Source: Haliotis cracherodii | Lineage: Eukaryota | Assembly (NCBI RefSeq): GCF_022045235.1 | Contig: NW_027266275.1 | Coordinates: 56,916,001 to 56,980,000 of the forward strand | Length of the DNA stretch: 64,000 nucleotides | Reading direction: 5' to 3' | Shown here: piece by piece, positions 12,501-24,500 of the stretch | Layout: each line of letters opens with the position of its first letter | Numbering within the stretch: position 1 is the stretch's first letter | Made by a program: the position numbers and the translations under genes | The notes under the pieces: model-generated | What the model was told of the DNA's origin: nothing | Seen by the model: only the letters and a program-made list of their open reading frames with translations | Database searches by the model: none

Positions 12501-15500
12501 AAGATTATTAATGAGTACGCTTCTGCTCCTCCATGTCTAGTATATGTAGAGGTCAAGGCCAGTAAGGTAATTAATTGTCAAGCGGTAGTAAACTGTTTCT
12601 GAAGAAAGTTAAAAAATGAATAATTCAGTTACACACATTAAAGAAGAAATGAATAGTCTGTGACATAAGGAGGCAGTCAAGATAATTTCGGGCTCCTAAA
12701 ATTGCAATGAAGTGAATATCCTGTTGATCTTAGTCAACACATCAATAACGCAATAACATTCATAATATATTTCCTTTCTCTGAAGCATAAATGAGTAACA
12801 CAAGAGCTGCGTTAATGAGTATTCTAAAGCAGTATTCTCCTGATAAAAACACTCTCAAAATCATACATATGTATATATATTGAAAAGTGTTTATTCCTAC
12901 AGTTTGCTCAGACTCCCACACACGCAGTGGCTTAATCACCATTCTTTTTAAACAGATCATATTTAAAAACAGAATCACAAAATGAATTCCAACTTTCAAT
13001 TCTTCCAGGAAGAACTATATCGATATTACCCGATTTAAAAATATTCAGCAATATTAAGTTCACGGGGAGATCAGTTTTATAAATTCTGTTTAACTAGATT
13101 ACACATTACCCATTCAAACAATCATAACCATGCTGAAACAATATAGCAACAGTATAGGAAATGTTTTAAAAAAATGCAACACAGATAAAAAAATATGAAA
13201 ATAATTACTCTCAATGTAAGTGTTGAGTAATTAATACTTAGGCAGACTGTCACTCTCAATGCAAATGTATTTCAACGCCACTCCAGAAATGGCATTTATT
13301 TTAGCTCCTTTCCTGAAATTGCACACAATCTGTTATTAAGATTTCAATAAATTCTAGAAGTAAAGAAGTTAAGACCACTCGATTCTTTCACATGGTTAAT
13401 CTGCCATGCTGTGATGGATTAACAAAAGTAATGTGAAAGTATTAGGTGGTCTTTAACTTCTTTCGAGATATAATGAAGCATTATATCTCAGAACTAAGAG
13501 GTTGGCATTGAAAATTCCTAATGAATAAGTTGGCCAAGCATGCCTTAATAAGTCTAGTGATCATGATTTAAAAGTTTGTGTCAGATGTCTTTACCAGGAT
13601 TATGTTATGTTTCTGATAGGCCATGTTATTGTCCCAGTTGTAAATTGGAGATGTCAGTGTATTATCTTCTTTATGTTGTTCCTTTTTCAGATCATGGAGG
13701 TAGACTTGAAGGGCATGGACAAAATCGTGATCCGAAATGGTGACTGTGTGAAGGCTAACCTGCTGTACATGTTCACAGCTGACACAGACGTGGCTGACGT
13801 CCCATTCATCTTCTCCACTGGCAACAGCATGTACATCACCATGCAGACACGTGGCTACCAAGTCGGGAAAGGATTCAGATTCACATACAGACAAGGTGGG
13901 TTTCAGAATGACTTACAGACACGGTGGGTTCAGATTCACATACAGACAAGGAGGGTTCAGATTCACATACAGACATGGTGTGTTCAGATTCACATACAGA
14001 CAAGGTGGGTTCAGATTCACATACAGACAAGGAGGGTTCAGATTCAGATACAGACAAGGAGGGTTCAGATTCGCAGACAGACAAGGTGGGCTCAGATTCA
14101 CATAAAGACAAGGGAGGGTTCAGATTCACAGACAGACAAGGTGTGTTCACATTCACATACAGACAAGGTGTGTTCAGATTCACATACAGACCAGGAGGGT
14201 TCAGTTTCACATACAGACAAGGAGGGTTCAGCTTCACATACAGACAAGGAGAGTTCTGGTTCACATACATACAAGATGGTTCAGATTTGCAGACAGACAA
14301 GGAGGGTTCAGATACACATACAAACAAGGTGTGTTCAGATTCACATACAGATAAGTTGTGTTCAGATTGACACACAGACAAGGTGTGTTCAGATTCACAT
14401 ACAGACCAGGAGGGTTCAGATTCACATACAGACAAGGAGGGTTCAGCTTCACATACATACAAGATGGTTCAGATTTGCAGACAGACAAGGAGGGTTCAGA
14501 TACACATACAGACAAGGTGTGTTCAGATTCACATACAGATAAGTTGTGTTCAGATTCACATACAGACAAGTTGTGTTCAGATTCACATACAGACACGTTG
14601 TGTTCAGATTCACATACAGACATGGTGTGTTAAGATTCACATACAGACATGGTGTGTTCAGATTCACATACAGACAAGGAGGGTTCAGAATTACAGACAG
14701 ACAAGGAGTGTTCAGATTCACATACAAACAAGGAGGGTTCAGATTCACATACAAACAAGGAGGGTTCAGATTCACATACAAACAAGGTGTGTTCAGATCC
14801 ACATACAGCTAGGGTGTGTTCAGATTCACATACAGACAAGATGGGTTCAGATTCGCATATAGACAAGGTGTGTTCAGGTTCCTATACAGACAAGATGGGT
14901 TCAGATTTGCATAAAGACAAGATGGGTTCAGATTCACACACAGACAAGAATGATTCAGTTTCATATACAGACAATATGGGTTCAGATTCACACACAGACA
15001 AGAATGATTCAGTTTCATATACAGACGAGGTAGGTTCAGATTCAGATTCACATACAGACAAGATGGTCCAGATTCACATTTAGACAAGGTGTGTTCACAT
15101 TCACATACAGACATGGTGTGTTCAGATTCACATACAGACAAGGTGTGTTCAGATTTACAGACAGACAAGGAGGGTTCAGATTCACATACAAACAAGGAGG
15201 GTTCAGATTCATATACAGAGAAGGTATGTTCAGATTCACATACAGACCAGGAGGGTTCAGATTCACATACAGAGCGGGTGTGTTTAGATTCACATACAGA
15301 CAAGGTGGGTTCAGATTCACATACAGACAAGGTGGGTTCAGATTTACATACAGACAAGGAGGGTTGAGATTCACAAACAAACAAGGAGGGTTCAGATTCA
15401 CATACAAACAAGGAGGGTTCAGATTCACATACAAACAAGGTGTCTTTAGATTCACATACAGCTAGGGTGTGTTCAGATTCACATACAAACAAGATGGGTT

Positions 15501-18500
15501 CAGATTCGCATTTAGACAAGATCGGTTCAGATTCAGATACAGACAAGGAGGGTAAAGATTCACATATAAACAAGGTGTGTTCAGATTCACATACAACTAG
15601 GGTGTGTTCAGATTCATATACAGACAAGATGGGTTCAGATTCGCATACAGACAAGATGAGTTCAGATTCACATACAGACAAGATGGTCCGGATTCACATT
15701 CAGACAAGGTGGGCTCAGATTCAGATTGTGACAAGGTGGGTTTCAGATTAACATTCATACGCGTACAAAGGTGGGTTTAGAGTCACTTTGTTACTCCTTT
15801 GAGAAAGTGTTCTAAGTTTTTGATTCAATGACACAAGACATATCAAATGTCATCTGATATCTCAATGCATCGTAACAATCATTAATGCTTTTCAGGATGT
15901 GACATGCTGCTGACTTCCATGAAAGGCAGACTCTTCTCACCTGGCTATGCCCTTAATGGTAACACTGCCATGAACTACCCCAATGACATCTCATGTAACT
16001 TCAGAGTGAATGTGCCTGGCAAACCCAGTATCACACTCATCAACAGAGGATTCAAGACACAGACAAGTGAAGATGTAGTGACTGTAAGATTTGTTTTGTG
16101 CAATATCCTGAATTGGAGAAGTCCTCAAATACATCATTCTTTATACAGTCACCCATACCATGATGATGAATACCTGCACCTATTTGTTTGTCCTGCTTGG
16201 GAAGTAATGTCACAATTTCCATCTTCTTTTATATAACTTCACAAAGTCTCCCAAACATGCATGTTATTTGCCAGTTTGACTATTTCAAGTGTCATTACAA
16301 ATAAAAATGCATCTCTTCAGCAAATGGGTCCAGGATACATTTAGTGGATGTAAATAATTTACATTGCAAACCCTGGGTATGCAAGAAAGAATTTTTACTT
16401 ATCCTGCATTACTCCTTAATGCATATTACTGATTGTTACTGCTTGTTCTTGACAGAGAAAAGAGCTGTGTGAAGGTCTTTGCTTGAAGAAGTTGTTCCAA
16501 CTAGCTGAGAGGCCAACCCTATCACGCAGCTCCCACGTGACCAAAGGAATTGATGTCACGGATCCGCACATTATTCTTGTCACTTGCTGAGACCTGTTTT
16601 TGATCTGTAGCATAAACCTTCACCAAACCCTTATGTGTTTTGCTTCTTGAGTTAATGTTCATTGTGCTTGTGTTGTGCACACGGTTTGTATCTTGTGAAA
16701 CATTGTATGTTTTAACATGTACATAACTTTTGTACACCTGCTGGTGTTTTCTTAAGAAAGAAAACTATGGTAAACCCAGGTGTCTTGTTGTTTCAAGTAG
16801 CCATCTTGAATATTTTACCTGGCCAGTTATTTACTGGCTTGCGTTCTATATTCTTTTTACTTTGTACCCCACCATTGGCGTACCCTCACAAGTATTTTGT
16901 CTTTGTTTTGTATGTTGTCTTACGTTTGTCGTAATAATTGTTTTATTGGCCCACGCAGTGGGATAAACAAATTATAGCATACATAATCAGGAGGGTACGC
17001 ATTGTGATTTTACACTGCTTCATTGCAGATATTGTGCCCTCATGCTCAAAGTGCCGGCGTAATATGTCGGCGTGGGATCCCCACCCCCTGTGCCTTAATT
17101 GTACATCTAAATGTCCCCAGGGTCATAGATGTACAGACTGTCTCCGCTTTCCCCCAGAGCTTTCAGACGGTACCTCCGTAAGTCCAGGAAACGAAGAACT
17201 CAACAGGCCAGGAAAACACCAGCGCCAAAAGTCTGACTTATCCGAGTATTCGCCCACAACCAGATCGGATATCTCGGACGACAACTCCCCGACCCCCATT
17301 TCTACCATGATGTCGGGCCTCATGGTCTCAGTATATACCTTGAGCTCCCCGACGACCACTACTGCGTCTATCTTAATGGCGCCTATCGAGTGCACTGGAC
17401 AGACGCATGGCGCCCAACAGGCACCCCGCTTATGGCCCAGACGCCTATGATGGACGTCCCTCTCCTCTAGTAGATCCAGTACTTGCGAGCCATGCAACAG
17501 ACGCAGATGCCTATTACCCAACTGGGTCATCGTTCACAAAACCGGACCAGTCGTAACTCTTATTGGCAATGTTACAGTTCCTACTCAGAGTGAGTGAGTG
17601 AGTTAAGATTTAACGTCACATCAGCCTTATTTCAGCCATATCGTCCTACTCAGAACTCAGACACACCACTGGTCTGTCAACCACAGGGTTCAAAGGGGAT
17701 TTGCAGTGTGTGGAGCTTGAACTAGTCCACTCAGCATACGGGGTTACAGTTTACTGCGCGGGACGACATACATGTCACATGTCAAGAACTACAACTGTAA
17801 ACATCGTCGACTGTAATCAGGTCAACTGACCTTATGGGATCCGTGCAGTGTATTTGTACAGACTGGCATGCATGATTGCTTATGCGTAACACTGCAACCG
17901 CCTCCTAAACTCAGCGGAGGACTTGACCTACAGAGTAAGGCTCCAACTGCACCCAGTTCAGATGTTCCATCGTCCTCCTGGATCATCTCAAGCAGCATCT
18001 CCGGTGGTGGACGGTGGAATCGAATGTCTTAGGTGACGTCTCCTTGACAGGGCTTACGACCTCTCTGCGCCATTTCATAGAAGCGCCCCAGCAGTGGGCA
18101 CACACCTAGAGGGACAGGTCGCCTCGGGGCTGTGGTCGCTGATCAGTGCCTATGGCACGTCAACAAACCTCGAACTGGAGGCACTTACCTTGGCCATCGC
18201 TCACTGGAAGCAGGCCATCAGACACGACCATGGACAACATTACAGTCGTATGTTGCCTACTGAACCAAGGAGTGACTAATTCGACCTCGCTCCTTCAACA
18301 GACAATCAAGCTTTACTAAGACGCCTTCGCTCTTGTTTGCCGAGACCACGGTCTCCCCAACATAGACCTATTCGCCACCAGCCAGAACTACCAGATCCCG
18401 ACCTAAATATCTCCCGGATCCACTGGCTTGGGCAGTCGACGCTTTCAGCATCCGCGGGGAAGGACTAAAAGCATACGCTTTTCCACCACCCGTACTCCTT

Positions 18501-21500
18501 CCCAAAGTCGTCCAGAAGAGCAGATCGACACAGAACCTCGATCTGACTTTGGTCACGCCCTGGTGGCCAGCCAGGGCTTGGTTTGTCGACCACAGAGAGC
18601 TGTCTAACACGATCGACAAGCCACTTCCAGATTGGCCAAATCTGCTGATCCACCCTCACAGCAGACAGCCACACCCAGGAGCAGACAAGTTATGTCTTCA
18701 CGTCTGATCCATTTGCAGGGAGCATTGAATGCCAAGTCATCTTGGCCAGATCGGCTTGGGCCATCACGATGGCACATCGCCCAACCACCAGGAGCCTCTA
18801 TGATGAATAGTGGCAATTCATTGAGAGCTTTTGCAGGTGCAAGCAACAAGACCCCACATCTGCATCGCCTCAATTCCTGGCCGAGTTCATGCTCCATCTG
18901 TGTCACAAGTGTATGCTCAAGGGCAGTACCATCATGACCTACCTCGTGGCGCTCAACTCCGTCCTGGCAGTTCCGGAAGATCGGTGCATGACGTAATCCC
19001 TGAACTTCAGGCTCTGCTCTGCTCATTCAGGCTGGAAGACCAAAAGGCGAAATCTCTTACACCAGTTTGGGGCTTGAATGTCATTCACACCTCGCTGAAA
19101 ACGCGCCCTTCGAGCCACTCGAAGCGACATCATCCTACTCTTCCTACTGGCGCTCACCACAGCAGCCTGTGTCAGTGAGCTACACGCCTTGGACGTCACG
19201 GGCGTCCGCATTGAGCATGGAGCACACAGAGACGTGCATCTTGGACTGTGCTGGGACTGCTTCGCCAAAAATCAATTCCCATGGGAGCCAGATAGATCGT
19301 TCCTCATTCCTCCCCTATCTTCGATTGTGGGCGCGGAAGATGAACTAGAGCTCCGTCTATATCCGGTTAGTGCCCTGTTGCTATATCAGACGATCCATAT
19401 AGCCGTAACACGATCGACCTCTGGCTACAAGCCTTCATTCTCCAGGCCTACGAGGCAGCGGGATTGGACCCCCAGGCTCCAACAACCCACATGAGACCCG
19501 GGTGATCCCCTCCACCTTGGCACTACACAGCAACTGAACTCTACTTGCCATCATGGAGAGGTGTTCTGGCGATCAAACACATTCGTCACCAGTCACCTTA
19601 TGCGAGATGTCACATTGGAGAATATGCTAGGCACGCACAACTTGGTCCTTTAGTAGTGCCCAACAGGCTGCTCTACTAGACGTCACTGACCTCGCCTCCA
19701 AGTCCAGAGCCAGCTTTTCGACCTCCCCTGGCGTAAGCCCTGGACTAGAAGGTTCATGCCCCACTTGCATACGGCTCGGTACTCCAGTCTCGACGTAACC
19801 GAGAGTTATTGTCAGGCTGCGCAGTACCAGGACACAACGCATACCTGACTCTTCCCTTCCATGTGATCGGCATCCAGGCCGACCATACAGCTGAAGACAG
19901 GCTGAGGGAAACTGAGTTTCCTATACATGGAGTGGTCTCCTGATGCCGAACACACAGCCGAAGACGGGCTGAGGGAATTGGAGGTTCCCATACATGCAGT
20001 GGTCACCCGAAGCCGACCACACAGCCAAGGATTGGCTAAGGAACAGAGTCTGGAAATAAAAGATGAAAGTCAACATCTGAAGGTATGCCCACCTCCGGCT
20101 CTGTCCGATAAAGATGCATTAAGGAGTAATGCAGGATAAGTAAAAAATCGAGTAAAGTCCAAGATATTTTTTATATTTGTTAACTTATCCTGCATTACTG
20201 TGTCTAAAGGGACCCACCCATTGCAGATCTACCTCCCCACGATGCCTTCCGAAGTCCGGACTCCAGTGTAATGTGAGGATCCATGACGTCACTTCCTTTG
20301 GTCACGTTGGAGCTGCGTGATAGGGTTGGCCTCTCAGTTAGTTGGAACAACTTCTTCAAGCAAAGACCTTCACACAGCTCTTTCCTCTGTCAAGAACAAG
20401 CAGTAACAATCAGTAATATGCATTAAGGAGTAATGCAGGATAAGTATACAAATATAAAAAACATCTAGGATTTTACTTTGAATCATTAAAACAAACAAAA
20501 ATTATAGATTACATGCTACATATAACAGACATTTCAGCTCTCGAAAGAATTACACACTCAGTTCAGAGTAGTGGAAATGATTGATTTTCTTTCTAATATT
20601 GAAAACGTCAAATTCTTCTAAATCATGTTCATGCCTTGGTACCTGAATATTTATACAAAGAGTCCCTATGACTAAAAAATAGGTAAATTTCTGGCGATGT
20701 ATATTATCATAGCATTGATATATGATACACTAGGTAATCAGAACTGTTTTGTAGATAGGAAATGATGTCATCGTCTTTTATTACTGAGACTTAACCAATA
20801 ACTTTCTACAGAATGTTTCTTTCACATTGTGAGTGTAATTAGATCCTCCGTCATTAAATGTTGCCTCATGTGTGTATTTGTTACTGAGGTGCTGTGGAAT
20901 GTTACCGGTATTCAAATTAAGAATGAAAAGCAAGGGCCGGGGTTCATGTGAGTAATCTGATGTTAAAAGGTACAGGTTTGGGGGTCCCTAGATTCCAATA
21001 CAATAGGGGCACACAACAAGGACCCCTAGACCCAACTTTATTTTGACTGCAGGTTACTAAGTTATCCTGTTTTTGTTGTACAGGTCCATTATGGAGGTGC
21101 TAGCCCAGATGTTCTCTCTGGGGACATTGTTGTGCAAAGCAGATCAAACAATGGAGAATTCAATGTCACCTTCAAAACTAATGCCATTAGAAGAGAGAAG
21201 GGATTTCTGTTCGAATATTCAATAGGTAAGAAACAGAACCTTTGGTTATTTTCACTCAAATCTTGTAAAACAGAAAATTGTGCATTGTCCGTGCATCCTA
21301 ATTAATGTCATACCCCTGGGTATATATACTCTCAACACTTTCCTGTTTATCCATAACAGTTCATCAGTGTTATACACTATCTACAGGAGTAGATATGATT
21401 TGATGAAGTTTTTGTTTTTACAACTGAATTATTGTAAAACATTCATTAATCAATGTGCCAGAGTTGTGATCAACATTCACATTCATATGTATTAGTATTG

Positions 21501-24500
21501 ATCTACTCAAGAAAATATGGTAATTGTTGACACATAATCCTTGTTTACGAAGTTATTTTTTCACAACTTGTTACAAACATGAGATTTTATTTCCAGACTG
21601 CCCCAACCCTAACTTCAATGAAAACACAGTTTTGACACCATCAAACGCAAACTGGCAGTTTATGTCCGAGTTTGTGGTGACGTGCAAGGATGGTTACAGG
21701 TTTGCCTCACAAGAGTACCAGGACAAAAGCAAGGCTCCTTCCTTTGAAAGCTTCTCTGTTGCAAGCATGAAATGCATGTATGGAGGAAAGTGGGACCGTG
21801 ATACCACTCCAAGCTGTCAGCGTAAGTATAGGTGACTGAGTAACAAGGGTATTGCAAACTATACCAGACTATCGGAATTCAATCCATTTAAAACAGACTT
21901 ACATCAGACTTCTTTAAGTGGCATTTAGAAGTTCTTGTGATGAAGTAAGACAAGTTCTATGGATGAACAACTTCTTTATTACAATTAGTGCAACATTTCG
22001 GTGTCGATCCTAACACCTTTATCAAGCCAGCATCACTTGCTTGATAAAGGTGCTAGGATCTACACCGAAACGTCGCATTAATTGTAATAAAGAAGTTGTT
22101 CATCCATAGAACTTGTCTTACTGCAGACTTACATCAGAGCTTTTTTCTCACTATGAAAGAACTTTTGGGTTTTCTTGAATATTGTGGACATAATATGTGA
22201 CTCAACAGAATTATGTCAGGTTGAATATGACATTTTCTATGTTGTTATTTCAGCCAAGTACTGTGGTTCTGCACCTCTCGTGAATAATGCTTACGTCAGC
22301 TCCTCAACTGGCCAGAGCAGCAGCGTTGGTGGGAGTGTCACCTATTCCTGTTATCCTGGGTTCACTCTCTCAAACTCTGCTACCATCAGCTGTCGTAATG
22401 ATGGCACCTGGGGGCCGACCCCCACCTGCACAAGTGAGTCACCAGCAGCCAATGTAACATGGGTACATGTGTGTGAGTCAGTGAGTTGGGTTCAACACCG
22501 CTGTGAACATCATTTTGTTATGATATGGTGTGTCAGCTGAATGTGAGACGTAAGCAAGCATGCAGGTATGCTGATATGCTGCTAAAACACCATGGATCAT
22601 AACCACAATGAATGCAGCATTCAAATTTTAAACCTGTTATCACAAGATAAAGTTTTAATTCCTCTTTTGTTTTCACTTATACACAGTAAGCACAAACTTT
22701 GAACTGCTCTTTTAATATCAGAATAAGTCATTTCATAGGAGTGGAGAGTTTTGATTTAGACCTTAAGACATCAGAAGTGACATTGAATTCTTCAGTAGTT
22801 TTTTTGTTTGTTGACACACGGGACCATGTAACAATAAAATAAAAAAAGTTATTGTTACATGGTCCTGTGGTTGACAACACCTCCAGCAATATTCAAGCTA
22901 ATATCATGGTGGTTTGAAAATAAATGAGATTCCATCTTTGCAATTAAGATACAATGACTTTCATCAACCATTTTTCTCCTCACAACAAGCATAGTCGCCT
23001 TTTACAACAAGCATGGGTTGCTGAAGACCTATTCTGACCCAAATCAGTAGAATGATTGAGTATTTCTGAGTTGCTTATATAATCATCCTACATTTTGTGT
23101 CTTCCGACAGTTGCCTCATGCAATCCTTTACCTACAAGCTTGAACTTTGGAACCATCACAAAGGTTGAAGGAGACGGCACTGAGTTTGGATCCATCGTGA
23201 ACTTTATTTGCAATGCAGGCTACCAGATATCAGGAGAGCCCATCCTCTTCTGTACCTCCAGCAGTACTTGGACTGCTTCTGTTCCTTCCTGTATACGTAA
23301 GTACAACATGTATTGCAGTCAGAATCTTCTGTACCTCTAGCAGTACTTGGACTGCTAATGTCCCTTCCTGTATACGTAAGCACAACATGTATTGCAGTCA
23401 TACTCTTCTGTACCTCTAGCAGTACTTGGACTGCTTCTGTTCCTTCCTGTATACGTAAGTACAACATGTATTGCAGTCATACTCTTCTGTACCTCTAGCA
23501 GTACTTGGACTGCTAATGTCCCTTCCTGTCTACGTAAGCACAACATGTATTGCAGTCATACTCTTCTGTACCCAGGGGGCCGGAAACCGTCATACGCGCC
23601 GGGCATGTCCGATTGGGAATCTCAAATGTCCGGTTTAAAATATTGCTTACCGGACATTTAAATTTTTCTGTTCGGATCGACATTTTAAAAAGTATTGTCC
23701 GGACATTCTAAAATTTTGACCGGACATGATCAACAGTTAGGACTGAGCAGTTTCTGTCTGCAGTTGTAACACATTGAAGATTATCTACACTGACAAGCTT
23801 TGTTTGTTTTGATTGCTGTAAATACATCGTACCTACATGATAGTCCAATCGGTCAATCACTTTAATAGGCAATAAACTGAGTTGACACTGATTAATCAAG
23901 GATTAATTACTGAGAAACATCTTGTTAATTTGAGTAAAATGTGTTTACAACTGTACATAAATACCTTGCATCATCGATGTACCTCATTATCCTCACAACG
24001 CTACGATACGTAACCTCAGACAAGAAGCGAAAGCGTGACGACAGCCAGTCGACCGATGCAGATCAGTCGAGCGGATCTGCCAAACCCTTAAAGTCTAGAC
24101 GATCATTTTGTAAGTCGTGGCTAACGACTTTCACTTGGTTGACATACAATGAGGATTTGCAGATTTTATTGTTCTCAGTAGCTAGTCGTATATTGAATCT
24201 TCATTGACTGCCATTTTGCTTTCTGTGACGATTGATATCAATTTTTTTTATGGTCAATAATTAAGTAAAGATGAGTATTTGTGATATTATAAAATAATCT
24301 TTAGTTTAAAAAAAAACTTTTCCCGTGAGGTCACGTGATAACCAAATATGGGATAATAGTCTCGATCCAAATGTTACAACGCGTACACTTGAGCAGACTC
24401 ATGAATATAACTCATGAATATTAATTAGACCGTTCACTACTTTAACAGATCGTTATTATAACAGAAACAAAAGTATGTTTTCCATGTACATCTAAAATGA

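Noticed and set aside
13568-13894. Antisense ORFs over exons and element genes (also 26789-27034, 63789-63989, 6685-7331)
   Set aside because: Shadow ORFs of real coding sequence on the other strand.
13851-15751. Many overlapping repetitive ORFs ([21 protein letters not shown]) on both strands
   Set aside because: By-product of a 27-bp unit that lacks stops in most frames; no independent gene structure.
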